This document shows, piece by piece, positions 51,737 to 62,912 of a DNA stretch of 64,000 nucleotides; within the stretch, counting starts at the first letter, position 1; every line of letters starts with the position of its first letter. Origin of the DNA: an uncultured Gemmatimonadales bacterium (GTDB lineage: Bacteria > Gemmatimonadota > Gemmatimonadetes > Gemmatimonadales > GWC2-71-9). The DNA lies in the NCBI GenBank assembly GCA_963798915.1, contig CAWCVB010000006.1, positions 288,001 through 352,000 of the forward strand, given 5' to 3'. The notes beneath the pieces were generated by a model. That model did not search any database and had not been told where the DNA came from. It was given only the letters and a program-made list of their open reading frames with translations. The translations under genes and the position numbers were made by a program.

Positions 51737-53677
51737 TCAGGGTGCGAGCGCACGGCTCCGCGTCCGATCCAGCACGCGAGCGATGAGATCGTCCACCGGA
51801 ATGATCTCCTGCTTGCGCCCGCTCCCGCGAACGCGAAGTGCCACCGTCCCCGCCTCCGCTTCCCGCTGGCCGATGACCGCCATGTACGGGACCTTCTGCA
51901 CCTCGCCCTCGCGAATGCGATAATTCAGCGTCTCGTGGCGGTCGTCCACGTGCGCCCGGATACCGTCGGCCTTGAGCCGGCGCAGCACTTCGTGCGCCCG
52001 CTCGGTCTCGCTTGCGCCAATTGGAATCAGCCTCACCTGCTCGGGCGCGAGCCATACCGGAAACGCCCCGGCGAAGTGCTCTATCAGGTTCCCGGTGAAG
52101 CGCTCCAGCGTCCCGAAGATGGCGCGGTGGATCATGACCGGCCGGTGCGGACGGTTGTCCGCGCCGGTGTATTCGAGTTCGAACCGCTCAGGCAGGTTGA
52201 AATCGAGCTGGATGGTCGGGCCTTGCCAGAGCCGGCCGATCGCATCCTTGAACTTGATGTCGATCTTGGGTCCATAGAACGCGCCGCCCCCCGCATCCAC
52301 TCGAAACGGGATGGACTTCCGTTCGAGAGCCCGGTGCAGGATGTCCTCCGCCTGATCCCAGATGTCGTCGCCGCCGAGCCGTTCCAGCGGTCGGGTGGAA
52401 ATCTCGAAGTCAAGTTCGAAGCCGAAGGTCTGGCGCACGATGCGGTCGACCTGATCGAGGCAGAGAAAGATTTCATCCTCGGCCTGGTCCAGCCGGCAAA
52501 AGATGTGCGCATCATCCATCGACAGCCCACGGACCCGGAGCAGGCCATGCAGTGTGCCACTGCGCTCGTTCCGGTACACGTTCGCCACTTCGCTGAGCCG
52601 CACCGGCAGATCGCGATAACTGCGCTGCTGGCTCTTGTAGATCAGACAGTGCATGGGGCAGTTCATCGGCTTCACGCGATAGCGCACGTCTTCCGACTCG
52701 CCCGCGCCGCTGGCCATCGGCGGAAACTGGTTCTCGGCGTACAGGGGCAGATGGCCCGAGATATGAAAGAGCTCCTCTCGAGTCACATTGGGGGTATAGA
52801 CGAGGTCGTAGCCCGACGCGACGTTGTCGTCTTCCACCGCGCGGGACAGCAGCCACTTCACCATGGCACCCTTCGGATGCCAGAGCACCAGGCCCGGGCC
52901 CACGATCTCGCTGATGGAGAAGAGGTCGAGCTGCTTGCCGATGACGCGATGATCGCGCTTGCGTGCCTCGTCCAGCCGGTGGAGGTAGGCGTCCAGATCC
53001 TCCTGGCGGAACCATGCGGTGCCGTAAATGCGCTGCAGCATCTGGCGCCGCTCGTCGCCGCGCCAGTAGGCGCCGGCCCCGTGGAGCAGCTTGAAATGGC
53101 GAAGGCGGCCGGTCGATGGCACATGCGGGCCGCGACACAGGTCGGTGAACGGACCATCGGTGTAGACGCTGATGGTCTCCCCATCCCCAAGCTCACGGAT
53201 TCGCTCCAGCTTGAGCGGATCGTCCGCGAAGCGCGCTTCCGCCTCGGGTCGGTCAACCACTGCCCGGGTAAAGGGATAGTCGGCTTTGACCACCTCGGCC
53301 ATGCGGGTTTCGATCCGCTCGAGGTCCTCGGGGGTGAAGGGACGCGGCACGTCGAAGTCGTAGTAGAATCCGTCCTCGATGGCGGGACCAAAGCCGATGC
53401 CGGCGCCGGGGAAGATCTCGCGTACGGCCGTGGCCAGCACGTGGGCGGCGGAGTGGCGCAGCAGCCCCAGGGCATCGGGATCCTTGTCCGTGACAATCGC
53501 GACGGCGGCGCCGTTGGGCAGTTCGCTGTCGAGGTCACGGATCGTGCCATCGACCCGCGCCGCCAACGCCGCCTTGGCCAGGCCCGGACCAATGCTCGCA
53601 GCCAGATCGCGTCCCGTGGCGCCCGTCGGCAGTTCCCGCTCGCTTCCGTCAGGAAGGGTGACGCGAATGCTGCTCAT
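51737..53677 (-). CDS. thrS: Threonine--tRNA ligase
   Basis: TGS domain, RHSAAH, DLCRGPH, KPMNCP, FYGPKID, MIHRA. Confidence 0.98.
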   Translation of the reverse strand: MSSIRVTLPDGSERELPTGATGRDLAASIGPGLAKAALAARVDGTIRDLDSELPNGAAVAIVTDKDPDALGLLRHSAAHVLATAVREIFPGAGIGFGPAIEDGFYYDFDVPRPFTPEDLERIETRMAEVVKADYPFTRAVVDRPEAEARFADDPLKLERIRELGDGETISVYTDGPFTDLCRGPHVPSTGRLRHFKLLHGAGAYWRGDERRQMLQRIYGTAWFRQEDLDAYLHRLDEARKRDHRVIGKQLDLFSISEIVGPGLVLWHPKGAMVKWLLSRAVEDDNVASGYDLVYTPNVTREELFHISGHLPLYAENQFPPMASGAGESEDVRYRVKPMNCPMHCLIYKSQQRSYRDLPVRLSEVANVYRNERSGTLHGLLRVRGLSMDDAHIFCRLDQAEDEIFLCLDQVDRIVRQTFGFELDFEISTRPLERLGGDDIWDQAEDILHRALERKSIPFRVDAGGGAFYGPKIDIKFKDAIGRLWQGPTIQLDFNLPERFELEYTGADNRPHRPVMIHRAIFGTLERFTGNLIEHFAGAFPVWLAPEQVRLIPIGASETERAHEVLRRLKADGIRAHVDDRHETLNYRIREGEVQKVPYMAVIGQREAEAGTVALRVRGSGRKQEIIPVDDLIARVLDRTRSRALAP

Positions 53678-53826
53678 GGCAATTGCTCCTGTGAGGCAGG
53701 CGTCACGACCGCCGGTGTCGACGGGGCCAGCACCAGGTACATGACCACGCCGACAATGATCAGACCGGCGACAACCAGCCACCGCAGCAGATCGGACAGG
53801 GGTACTTCCAGCCGCTCTTCAGCCAT
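53674..53826 (-). CDS. Small single-TM protein (50 aa)
   Basis: MAEERLEVPLSDLLRWLVVAGLIIVGVVMYLVLAP...; ATGA overlap with thrS. Confidence 0.6.
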   Translation of the reverse strand: MAEERLEVPLSDLLRWLVVAGLIIVGVVMYLVLAPSTPAVVTPASQEQLP

Positions 53827-53949
53827 CAGCTCGTCCCGGATGCGGAAATAGGGTGGCGGAGGGTGTCTCAGCTCCAAGCAAAGCGTGTTAAACTTAACGC
53901 TGACCGAAACCAATTTGCACGAGGGACCGCGGTGCGCCGAAATGACTCG

Positions 53950-54369
53950 ATGTCTGTGGGAGAGATCGCCGGCTGGGGGGCTCTCGGGCTCGTCTCCGGC
54001 TTTCTCCTGGGAACCGCGCTCGGCGCCTGGGCGGGCGGGGTGACTCGAGAGCGGCTCGGCCGGGTCGCCCGTCGCCTGCGGCAACCCGTTGCCCTAGCGC
54101 CCCAATCCCTGGCGGCCACAGCAGCGGCCGCCTCGGAGGCGCTCGGCAGGGTGGCGTCACTGGCCGGGCTTCAGCTGGAGGCGCGTCCCATCGGCGTCCA
54201 TTCCGTGGAGCTTCGCGGGTGGGTGCCAGATCGGACTCAGCGCGCGCTCGCCGCCCGGACCATCCGGCAGCTGCCGGGCATCGAGACCGTCATCAACAGC
54301 ATCCTGGTGCGGGGCGAGGACGATCGTCCCGCCCAGGGCCCAATCCTGCCCGCCAACCAGACGGCATGA
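53950..54369 (+). CDS. BON domain protein with N-terminal TM
   Basis: Gly-rich TM; VELRGWVP...A...IRQLPGIETVINSILV. Confidence 0.85.
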   Translation: MSVGEIAGWGALGLVSGFLLGTALGAWAGGVTRERLGRVARRLRQPVALAPQSLAATAAAASEALGRVASLAGLQLEARPIGVHSVELRGWVPDRTQRALAARTIRQLPGIETVINSILVRGEDDRPAQGPILPANQTA

Positions 54370-57044
54370 GCGCGCCGCTCGCTCCGCAGTACGATCCCAA
54401 GGATATCGAAGCCCGGACCTACCAACGCTGGTCGGCCCGCGGGCTCTTTGCGCCGGAAGTCCGGCCGGACGGAGTACCATACGTGGTCATGATGCCGCCG
54501 CCCAATGTGACGGCGCAGCTTCACATGGGGCACGGCCTCAACAATGCGGTGCAGGACGCGATTATCCGATTTGAGCGAATGCGCGGCCGCCGCACCCTCT
54601 GGCTCCCTGGTACGGATCACGCCGGGATCGCTACCCAGAACGTCGTGGAACGCCTGGTCGCCGCGGAGGGATTCAGCCGTTTCGACCTCGGTCGCGAGAC
54701 CTTCGTCCAGCGCGTCTGGGAGTATGTCCGGGATACCGGGTCGACCATCCTGGATCAACTCCGGGCGCTCGGCGCAAGCTGCGACTGGTCGCGTACGTAC
54801 TTCACGCTGGACGAGGGATTGTCGCGCGCGGTGCGCGAGGCCTTCGTCCGGCTGTTTGAGAAGGGGCTCATCTACCGGGGCCACTACATCATCAACTGGT
54901 GCCCGCGCTGCCTGACGGCGCTGTCCAATGAGGAGGCGGAAAAGCACGAAGGTCCTGGCAAGCTATGGCACCTGCGCTATCCCCTCGCGAGCGGCGGTCA
55001 TGTGGTGGTGGCGACGACCCGCCCGGAGACGATGCTCGGTGATACCGGCATCGCTGTACATCCCGGGGACGCTCGTTACGCCGGCCTGATCGGCGCCGAA
55101 GTGCTCCTGCCGATCACCGGACGCCGCATTCCGGTGATCGCTGACGACGCGGTGGATCCCGCATTCGGCACGGGTGCGGTCAAGGTCACACCGGCTCACG
55201 ACGCGACGGATTTCGAGATCGGCCGACGTGCCGGGCTGGACACGATCGACCTGATGACCCCCGATGCTCGGATGAACGACCAGGTGCCCGAGCGGTTTCG
55301 CGGGATGGACCGGTATGAGGCACGCCGCGAGGTGGTGGCGGAATTTGAACGGCTCGGCCTGCTCGACGGCGTGGAGGATCACGTGCACGCCGTCGCCCGC
55401 TGCTATCGCTGCGAGACCATCGTGGAGCCCCGGCTCTCGGACCAATGGTTCGTGCGGATGGCGCCACTGGCGCGTCCCGCGCTCACTGCCTACCGCGACG
55501 GGCGCCTGCGGTTCATTCCCGAACGACGAGGCGAGGACTACGCGCAGTGGATGGAGAACATCCGGGACTGGTGCATCTCCCGCCAGCTCTGGTGGGGCCA
55601 CCGCATCCCCGTCTGGTACTGCATGGACGAGACCTGCGGTCAGGTGGCCGCGAGCCGGACCGACCTGCGGTGCTGTCCAGCCTGCGGCGCGGACGTGCGC
55701 CAGGACGACGATGTGCTGGACACCTGGTTTTCCTCCTGGCTGGTGCCGTTCTCCTCCCTCGGCTGGCCCGATGCAACGGCCGACCTCGCCACCTACTACC
55801 CCGGCAACACCCTGGCCACTGCGCCGGAGATCATCTTCTTCTGGGTCTCGCGGATGATCATGGCCGGCTGCGAGTTCATGGGAGATGTGCCCTTCAGCAC
55901 GATCTACCTCCACGGCACGGTACGCGACACCCAGCACCGGAAGATGTCCAAGTCGCTCGGCAATGGCATCGATCCGCTTGACGTGATCGAACGCTTTGGC
56001 GCCGACGCACTGCGCTACGTCCTCCTGTCGGGCATGGCGGTCGGGACGGACGTGATCCTGGATCCGTCCGATCTCGAGACATCGTTCGCGCCGGGCCGCA
56101 ATTTTGCGAACAAGCTATGGAATGCCGGGCGGTTCATCCTGGCCAACCTCGACGGCCCGACCCGGCCCATCGCGGGAGAACATCCGGAGACGATCCGGCG
56201 GCACGAGTTCACGCTTGCCGATCGCTGGATCATCGCCCGCTGCGATGCGACCGTGCGCGAGGCCACGGCGGCGTACGAGAAGTTTCGGTTGAATGAGGCG
56301 GCGGGCGCGATTTATCACTTCATCTGGTCCGATCTCGCAGACTGGTACATCGAACAGATCAAGCCGCGCCTGTACGGGGACCAGCCCGGTGGCGACGTGG
56401 CGCGTGCGGTCGCCGTCCGCACCTTCGACGTTGCGCTGCGATTGCTGCACCCGATCATGCCGTTCATCACGGAAGCGCTGTGGAGCCAGCTCCCGGAGCG
56501 TCGTGCGGACGACACCATTCTACTTGCACGCTGGCCGCAGCCCGACTCTCGTGCAATGGACCCTTCGGCGGAGCACGCCTTCGGCCTGGTCCAGCAAGTT
56601 GTCACCGCCATTCGGCAGATCCGCGCCGAATACGGGGTGGCGCCCGGAACCGGCATCGCCGTCCGGGTGCTGGCCGCGACTGCCTCGGTGCAGCGTGCCT
56701 TGGAATCGGAGCGCACCACCATCATGCGATTGGCCAAGGTGAACGAGCTCAGCTTTGGCGCGGCGAGCGACGAAGCCGGCGGCCACGCCGTGCTCGACGA
56801 CGGGACGTCGGTGTTTATTCCGCTCGGCCGGGCGATCGATCTGGAGCGGGAATGCGCCCGCCTCGGGACCGAGGTCGCGCGCCTGGAGACGTTGCTGGTG
56901 CAACAGGAACGCAAACTCGGGAACGAGCAGTTCGTGAGCCGTGCGCCCGCGCCTGTGGTGGAGAATGAGCGCCGGAAGCTCACGTCGTGGCAGGAGCAGG
57001 TGGAGTCGCTGCAGGACAAGCGAAGGCTGCTCGGATGCCGTTGA
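54366..57044 (+). CDS. valS: Valine--tRNA ligase
   Basis: PPPNVTAQLHMGH, DHAGIATQ, DWCISRQLWWGH, KMSKS, C-terminal coiled coil. Confidence 0.98.
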   Translation: MSAPLAPQYDPKDIEARTYQRWSARGLFAPEVRPDGVPYVVMMPPPNVTAQLHMGHGLNNAVQDAIIRFERMRGRRTLWLPGTDHAGIATQNVVERLVAAEGFSRFDLGRETFVQRVWEYVRDTGSTILDQLRALGASCDWSRTYFTLDEGLSRAVREAFVRLFEKGLIYRGHYIINWCPRCLTALSNEEAEKHEGPGKLWHLRYPLASGGHVVVATTRPETMLGDTGIAVHPGDARYAGLIGAEVLLPITGRRIPVIADDAVDPAFGTGAVKVTPAHDATDFEIGRRAGLDTIDLMTPDARMNDQVPERFRGMDRYEARREVVAEFERLGLLDGVEDHVHAVARCYRCETIVEPRLSDQWFVRMAPLARPALTAYRDGRLRFIPERRGEDYAQWMENIRDWCISRQLWWGHRIPVWYCMDETCGQVAASRTDLRCCPACGADVRQDDDVLDTWFSSWLVPFSSLGWPDATADLATYYPGNTLATAPEIIFFWVSRMIMAGCEFMGDVPFSTIYLHGTVRDTQHRKMSKSLGNGIDPLDVIERFGADALRYVLLSGMAVGTDVILDPSDLETSFAPGRNFANKLWNAGRFILANLDGPTRPIAGEHPETIRRHEFTLADRWIIARCDATVREATAAYEKFRLNEAAGAIYHFIWSDLADWYIEQIKPRLYGDQPGGDVARAVAVRTFDVALRLLHPIMPFITEALWSQLPERRADDTILLARWPQPDSRAMDPSAEHAFGLVQQVVTAIRQIRAEYGVAPGTGIAVRVLAATASVQRALESERTTIMRLAKVNELSFGAASDEAGGHAVLDDGTSVFIPLGRAIDLERECARLGTEVARLETLLVQQERKLGNEQFVSRAPAPVVENERRKLTSWQEQVESLQDKRRLLGCR

Positions 57045-58276
57045 GCAGGTTAGGCCTCGTGCTGGCGCTCGTCCTGGCATCATGCGCCAGGATCGAGCCG
57101 CCGCCGGGTGGTCCGCCTGACACCGCCCCGCCACGCCTGATCGGCGAGTACCCCGAATCGCTGGCCTCGCTCCCCGGCTTCGATGGCAATGTCGAGTTTC
57201 GCTTTGATGAGGTTGTCTCGGAAGGTTCGACGCCGAGCACCGGCAGCGGCACCGGCGATCTGGAGCGACTTGTCATCCTGTCGCCCAGCAATCGGGTGCC
57301 CGATGTGAGCTGGAAACGCTCGCGCATAACGGTGCGACCCGCGGAGGGATGGCAGCCCGGTCGCTTCTACCGGGTAGAGCTGCTGCCCGGCGTGGTCGAT
57401 CTGCGCAACAACCGCTCGACGTCGGCGCGAGCCGTCGTCGCCTTCACCACCGGCGGGCCACTCCCGGTGGACACGCTCCGTGGTCGGATCGTCGACTGGA
57501 CGACCGGCCAGCCAGTGCCTCGCGGCCTGATCGAGGCGATACTCCTCCCTGACAGCCTGCCCTACCGCTTTCGCTCGGATTCGGCCGGGACGTTTGTGGT
57601 GACTCCGCTGCCATCGGGCCGCTACGTCATCTACGGTGCCATTGACCAGAACAACAATAGCCGTCGGGACCTGCGGGAGGCCTACGACTCAGCGTCAGCC
57701 GCATCCAACGGTCCGGTCATCACTCTTTGGACCTTCCCGCACGACACAAATCCCCCCAGGATCCAGCAAGCAACCCCACGCGACAGTCAGGCGGTCGACC
57801 TCCAATTCAGCCAACCGCTCGACCCCGACCAGCGGCTCGATACCAGCCGAGCGGTCGTGCGGCACCTCCCCGACTCGGCACGAGTCGGGGTGAGCCTGCT
57901 CACGACATCGGCTGCCTACGACAGCATCAGGCAGGCCGCGCGCACGGATAGCGCCGCCCCTGGCATTGCCCCGGCCGTCGCTCCCGCCGTGGCTCCTCGC
58001 GTCGGCGACACACTCAAGCGCAGGCCGACTCTCAGCAATCGACTCGTGCTGGTGCTCGCCGCGCCCATGGACACTGCCGGACAATACCTGCTCACCATCG
58101 ACAGCGTCCGGAACGTGACCGGCGTGGCTGCGACGGTGCACGGCGTATTCTCCGCGCCGAAACCACTGCCAGCCAGGCTCGCCGAGCCGCTCAAGGAAGA
58201 TTCGCTTCCGGCTGATTCAGCACGCGTGCAGCCTGACAGCGCCGGCACCAGGCCGGTGCAGCCCCCACGCCGGTGA
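57035..58276 (+). CDS. Lipoprotein with bacterial Ig-like (Big_5) domains
   Basis: Lipobox LASC followed by PPPGGPPDTAPP; FRFDEVV; VDLRNN. Confidence 0.85.
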   Translation: MPLSRLGLVLALVLASCARIEPPPGGPPDTAPPRLIGEYPESLASLPGFDGNVEFRFDEVVSEGSTPSTGSGTGDLERLVILSPSNRVPDVSWKRSRITVRPAEGWQPGRFYRVELLPGVVDLRNNRSTSARAVVAFTTGGPLPVDTLRGRIVDWTTGQPVPRGLIEAILLPDSLPYRFRSDSAGTFVVTPLPSGRYVIYGAIDQNNNSRRDLREAYDSASAASNGPVITLWTFPHDTNPPRIQQATPRDSQAVDLQFSQPLDPDQRLDTSRAVVRHLPDSARVGVSLLTTSAAYDSIRQAARTDSAAPGIAPAVAPAVAPRVGDTLKRRPTLSNRLVLVLAAPMDTAGQYLLTIDSVRNVTGVAATVHGVFSAPKPLPARLAEPLKEDSLPADSARVQPDSAGTRPVQPPRR

Positions 58277-59631
58277 GCGACAGTGCTCGGCGGCCACCCT
58301 CCGTCGAACGCCTGCTGGCGGAACCTGCCATACAGTCGCGCTTCGCCGGGATCGATAGGGCCCGACTGGTTCGTGCCGCGCGAGCGGCCGTCGAGTCGGG
58401 ACGGCGAAGCCGGGACATCGCTGCGCGCGATTGGAGCGAGGAGATAGCGACCCAGCTACGTGGCGACGCCGCGGGGGACCTCCGGCCAGTGATCAACGCC
58501 ACCGGTGTCGTCCTGCACACCAACCTGGGCAGGGCTCCTCTGGCAGCGACCGCCATGGAGGCGCTCAGCCGGATCGCATCGGGATATTCCACCTTGGAGT
58601 ACGATCTCGGGAGCGGGGTCCGTGGCACGCGCGGCCTCGCCTGTCAGGCGGCCCTGGCTCGGTTGGGAGGTGCCGAGGCTTCACTGGTCGTGAACAATGC
58701 GGCGGCGGGCCTGCTCCTCGCGCTCAATACCCTGGCCCCTGGGAAGCAGGTTGCCATTTCGCGCGGCGAATTGATTGAAATCGGCGGCTCGTTCAGGGTA
58801 CCCGAGATCGCGGAGCGCAGTTCGGCCCAGCTGCTCGAAACCGGCACAACCAACCGGACCCACCTGGCGGACTATGAGTCCGCGTTGCGTGCGGGCGCCG
58901 AAGCGGTGCTGATCGTCCACCGATCGAATTTTGAGCAGCGCGGCTTCGTGTCGACGCCCCAGCCACGAGAGATCGCCCAACTCGCGGCGGCAGCCAATGT
59001 TCCGGTCATCTACGATATAGGCGGCGGCCTCGGCATCAACCTTGAGCGCTGGGGGCTTTCCGGTGAACCGACGCTGCAGGAGGCCGTCGCGTCCGGCGCG
59101 AGCGTGGTCGTCGCCAGTGGCGACAAGCTCCTGGGCGGGCCGCAGGCTGGGCTCGTGCTAGGCAGCGTCGCGCTGGTGGAGCGAATGCGCCGCAATCCGC
59201 TGGCACGGGCAGTGCGCGCCGATAAGTTGAGCCTGGCCGCACTGGGAGCGACGCTCGAGCTCTATGATGACGAGGTGCGCGCGCTCCGCGAGATACCGGT
59301 GCTGGCCATGCTCACTGCGGCGCCGGAGGAGTTGGCGCAACGCGCCACGCGGCTGGCTGAGGCATGTGGCGCATTCGCGACTGTGACCCTGAAGGATGCA
59401 TGGTCTGCGGTTGGTGGCGGCGCCTTTCCGGGCGCGCGGCTGGCCACCACGGTCGTCTCGGTGTCGCCCGGGCTGCTTGGCGCCGAGGCCATCGCCCTTC
59501 GACTGCGCCTCGGCGCCGTCCCGGTGATTGCTCGCGTCAGGGACGGTGCCATCCTGCTCGACCCCAGGACTTTCAGCGATGAGGTCGTGCCCGTTGTCGT
59601 CGAAATGCTGGCAGCGGCGCTCGCTGAATAG
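58273..59631 (+). CDS. selA: L-seryl-tRNA(Sec) selenium transferase
   Basis: VINATGVVLHTNLGRA, VVNNAAA, SRGELIEIGGSFRVP, SGDKLLGGPQAG. Confidence 0.95.
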   Translation: MSDSARRPPSVERLLAEPAIQSRFAGIDRARLVRAARAAVESGRRSRDIAARDWSEEIATQLRGDAAGDLRPVINATGVVLHTNLGRAPLAATAMEALSRIASGYSTLEYDLGSGVRGTRGLACQAALARLGGAEASLVVNNAAAGLLLALNTLAPGKQVAISRGELIEIGGSFRVPEIAERSSAQLLETGTTNRTHLADYESALRAGAEAVLIVHRSNFEQRGFVSTPQPREIAQLAAAANVPVIYDIGGGLGINLERWGLSGEPTLQEAVASGASVVVASGDKLLGGPQAGLVLGSVALVERMRRNPLARAVRADKLSLAALGATLELYDDEVRALREIPVLAMLTAAPEELAQRATRLAEACGAFATVTLKDAWSAVGGGAFPGARLATTVVSVSPGLLGAEAIALRLRLGAVPVIARVRDGAILLDPRTFSDEVVPVVVEMLAAALAE

Positions 59632-59636
59632 GCGCC

Positions 59637-60482
59637 TCAGTAGGTGAAGGTTCCCACCTGCTTGTCCGGATTCGCGTCAAACGCCCCGACGAACGCTCCC
59701 GTGATGACCTGGGGCTGGTGGCCGGCGATCGAGACGGTTACAACGTAATCGGACCTCGCGACCCCGCAGTCGTCGTGATAGGCCAGCACCACCTTATAGT
59801 CGCCATGGGGTGCCTTGCCGGCCGGCCAGACCACGTTCTCGCTGTTGGCCCCGTCGATGGTGCAGCCTGCATTCGAATCCAGATCGAGCGCGCCGCCGCT
59901 GGCGGAAGTCGGATTGCCGAAGTAGACCAGCTCGCCATTCGGATCGGTCACCCGGATGTCCACGTCGCTCGCTCCGGTCCAGCTGACGCTGACCTGCACA
60001 TCGCCGGTGCCCACGTGATGAATCGTCAGGTCCTGCGACGCCGACGGACTGATGTCCGATCCCGATCCCACGGACACCCGGAGCGAGAGCTCGGCGGCGT
60101 CGGCACCCTGCGCAATTCCGAGCACCAGTCCCTGAGCGGCGGACGAGGGCAATGTCAGCTGGTAGTATCCGTCGAGTCCATTCCCACTCACCAGCACCGT
60201 GGTGAACTCTGATGCCGCCGAGACGGTCAGGAGCGCCGTTCCGCCATTGACGACGGAGCCCGTCCCCGCCGTTGAGGGTGCGGCACCGCCGTCGGCCGCA
60301 GGCGGCGCTCCGGTGTGATACGTGGCGACGGTCGTTCCGTCGCTGGTGGCGACCCGCGTGACCAGGTCGCCAAGGTCGCCCTGCGGGCCCAGCGCCGATG
60401 GCGCCTCGCAGCCGATCATGGCCAGCGAGGCAGTGATGGCCAGAATGGATCGCAGGAGCGTCGGCCGGATCATCACGTGCAT
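59637..60482 (-). CDS. YfaP/DUF2135-like lipoprotein
   Basis: Lipobox-like MIGC; DVQVSVSW..SDVDIRVTDPNGE, GGALDLDSN, ENVVW; start approximate. Confidence 0.82.
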   Translation of the reverse strand: MHVMIRPTLLRSILAITASLAMIGCEAPSALGPQGDLGDLVTRVATSDGTTVATYHTGAPPAADGGAAPSTAGTGSVVNGGTALLTVSAASEFTTVLVSGNGLDGYYQLTLPSSAAQGLVLGIAQGADAAELSLRVSVGSGSDISPSASQDLTIHHVGTGDVQVSVSWTGASDVDIRVTDPNGELVYFGNPTSASGGALDLDSNAGCTIDGANSENVVWPAGKAPHGDYKVVLAYHDDCGVARSDYVVTVSIAGHQPQVITGAFVGAFDANPDKQVGTFTY

Positions 60483-60681
60483 CCTCTGTATCATGAGGCG
60501 GAAGAGTGAACGGTGCACTCGCGCGAAAGGCAATGACCGTACCAGTCCGTCCTGTCGGCCTGGCGCCCTGCAGCGGCCCCTTGCGGGCGACAGCGGATCC
60601 GCCCGCTTGTCATTCCGCAATGCCGTAGGGCACGATGCCACGTGCTATGCGAAATTCCGGTCCTCCGTTACTTTTGCGCCC

Positions 60682-61269
60682 ATGCCGATGCGGGTAGCCG
60701 TCTGTGTGTCGGGTGGCGGGAGCAACCTTGGCGCCCTTCTCGAGGCCTTCAGCTCGCCAGGTGATGTCGCGGAAATCGCGCTGGTGCTCAGTGACCGCCC
60801 AGCCGCCGGCGGACTCGAGCGGGCGCGGATGCGCAACATTCCGGCCTCCGTCCTGAAGGACCCCTCCGATGGCGATGAATGGTTGCGCCAGCTGGAAGAC
60901 TTGGAGATCGACCTGATCGTACTGGCGGGTTATCTCAAGCAGGTTCCAGTGGCGGTCGTTGAGCGGTTTCGCGGGCGTATGATCAATATCCACCCTGCTC
61001 TGCTGCCTGCTTTTGGGGGGCGGGGCATGTACGGACGCCGGGTCCACGCCGCCGTTCTCGCGAGCGGGGCATCGGAGTCGGGCTGCACCGTCCACCTCGT
61101 AGATGAGGAGTACGACCGCGGGCCGATTCTGGCCCAGGCGCGGGTCGCGGTGGAGCCCGACGATACGCCCGACACGCTCGCGGCCCGGGTACTCGCCGCC
61201 GAGCACCAACTTCTGCCCGCAGTCGTGCGGGAGGCGGCGCGCCGAGGGCGTCCGGTGCCGCTCCGTTGA
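60682..61269 (+). CDS. purN: Phosphoribosylglycinamide formyltransferase
   Basis: SGGGSNL, VLAGY, NIHPALLP, GCTVHLVDEEYDRG. Confidence 0.97.
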   Translation: MPMRVAVCVSGGGSNLGALLEAFSSPGDVAEIALVLSDRPAAGGLERARMRNIPASVLKDPSDGDEWLRQLEDLEIDLIVLAGYLKQVPVAVVERFRGRMINIHPALLPAFGGRGMYGRRVHAAVLASGASESGCTVHLVDEEYDRGPILAQARVAVEPDDTPDTLAARVLAAEHQLLPAVVREAARRGRPVPLR

Positions 61270-61309
61270 AACTGCCTGAACGCCTGGAAACGAAGGTACC
61301 TCGACCGTC

Positions 61310-62839
61310 ATGCCCAGGGCTCTCCTGTCGGTAAGCGACAAGCGCGGAATTGTCCCATTTGGCGAGGGCCTGGTCCGGCTCGGATGGGAGCTCATTTCCA
61401 CCGGCGGCACCGCGACCGCCCTCCGCCAGGCGGGAGTTCCGGTTCTCGGCGTGGAGGAAGTGACCGGATTCCCCGAAATCCTCGATGGCCGCGTCAAGAC
61501 GCTGCATCCGAAGATTCACGGAGGGCTGCTGGCACGGCGCGATGCGCCGGCACATGGAGCTGCGCTCACGCAGCACGGCATCGTCCCCATCGACCTGCTG
61601 GCGGTCAACCTGTATCCGTTTCAGGCCACCATCGCCCGGACCGATGTCGCGATGGAAGACGCCATCGAGAATATCGACATTGGCGGTCCCTCAATGCTCC
61701 GGTCGGCGGCCAAGAACTACGAATGGACCATCCCCGTGGTGGACCCGACCGACTACGGCGTGATTCTCGAACACCTCTCGCAAGGGGCGCTGCCAGACGG
61801 TCTGCGCCAGGAACTCGCCGCCAAGGTCTTTGCCCATACCTCGGACTACGACGCCGCCATCGCTCGCTTTCTTACGTCACCGGAGGACGGACTGCCGGCG
61901 CGGATTGGGCTTGCCATGGAGCGCGTCCAGGTCCTGCGCTATGGTGAGAACCCTTCGCAGCGCGCAGCCTTGTACGTCACCGAGGAACCGCGCGGGATGC
62001 GCGACCTGACGCAGCGCCAGGGCAAGGAATTGTCGTTCAACAACCTGCTTGACCTGGACGCCGCCATGACGGCGGCAGCCTGCTGGACCAACCGACCCGC
62101 GTGCGCCGTGATCAAGCACACCACACCGTGCGGCATCGCCCTCGGCGTGTCTGCGGCCGACGCCTTCGAACGCGCTCGATCGACCGATCCGGTGTCAGCC
62201 TACGGTTCGGTCGTTGCATTCAATACCGTTGTGGATGCGGCTACCGCGACGGCCATGAGTGACCTGTTCATCGAAGTGGTCGTCGCGCCCTCCTTTCATG
62301 AGGAGGCGCTGCAGCGTTTTGCGGCCAAGAAGAACCTGCGGGTCGTTGAGCTGCCCGTGGCACGCCCCGCAGGTGCCCTTGATTTCAAGCGAGTTCGCGG
62401 GGGATTCCTCGTCCAGGATGCGTTCGCGTACAATCCCGCCGAGCGGTCGTGGCAGGTGGCGACAACCCGGGCGCCGAGCGAACAGGAATGGAACGACCTG
62501 CGGTTTGCCTGGGCGGCCGTCGCGAACGTCAAGTCCAATGCCATCCTGCTTGCTCGCGACGAGATGGCGATCGGCATCGGCGCTGGCCAGATGAGCCGGG
62601 TTGACGCCGCCTTCCTCGCGGTGCACAAGGCCCGTGACCAGGGCCACGAGACTCGCGGGGCAGTGCTCGCGAGCGACGCCTACTTTCCGTTTGCGGATGG
62701 TATCGAGCAGGCCGCCGGGGCGGGAATCACTGCGGTGATCCAACCGGGCGGGTCCATACGCGATCCCGAGGTCATCGCTGCTGCCGACCGGCATGGCATC
62801 GCCATGGTCATGACGGGGGCACGGCAGTTCAGGCATTAG
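61310..62839 (+). CDS. purH: AICAR transformylase/IMP cyclohydrolase
   Basis: [42 protein letters not shown]. Confidence 0.98.
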   Translation: MPRALLSVSDKRGIVPFGEGLVRLGWELISTGGTATALRQAGVPVLGVEEVTGFPEILDGRVKTLHPKIHGGLLARRDAPAHGAALTQHGIVPIDLLAVNLYPFQATIARTDVAMEDAIENIDIGGPSMLRSAAKNYEWTIPVVDPTDYGVILEHLSQGALPDGLRQELAAKVFAHTSDYDAAIARFLTSPEDGLPARIGLAMERVQVLRYGENPSQRAALYVTEEPRGMRDLTQRQGKELSFNNLLDLDAAMTAAACWTNRPACAVIKHTTPCGIALGVSAADAFERARSTDPVSAYGSVVAFNTVVDAATATAMSDLFIEVVVAPSFHEEALQRFAAKKNLRVVELPVARPAGALDFKRVRGGFLVQDAFAYNPAERSWQVATTRAPSEQEWNDLRFAWAAVANVKSNAILLARDEMAIGIGAGQMSRVDAAFLAVHKARDQGHETRGAVLASDAYFPFADGIEQAAGAGITAVIQPGGSIRDPEVIAAADRHGIAMVMTGARQFRH

Positions 62840-62912
62840 CGTCGGGGCATGCGCCGCGGGTCCGGCGCCCGGCCTTCGCCGCGTTACGTCGACGCAATCG
62901 ATTGGAGCCTGT

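Noticed and set aside
51494..53851. 785-aa plus-strand ORF, and similar long antisense ORFs (15178-17130, 22943-24781, 29261-31213, 45263-46822, 816-2249)
   Set aside because: They lie antisense to well-conserved genes and have no motifs; such shadow ORFs are expected from high-GC codon bias.
57955..58003. Short tandem repeat (APGI-APAV-APAV-APRV)
   Set aside because: Ordinary Ala/Pro linker within the lipoprotein.
60483..60681. ZTP or purine riboswitch upstream of purN-purH
   Set aside because: I could not find the conserved elements of either class by eye; an Rfam scan would settle it.
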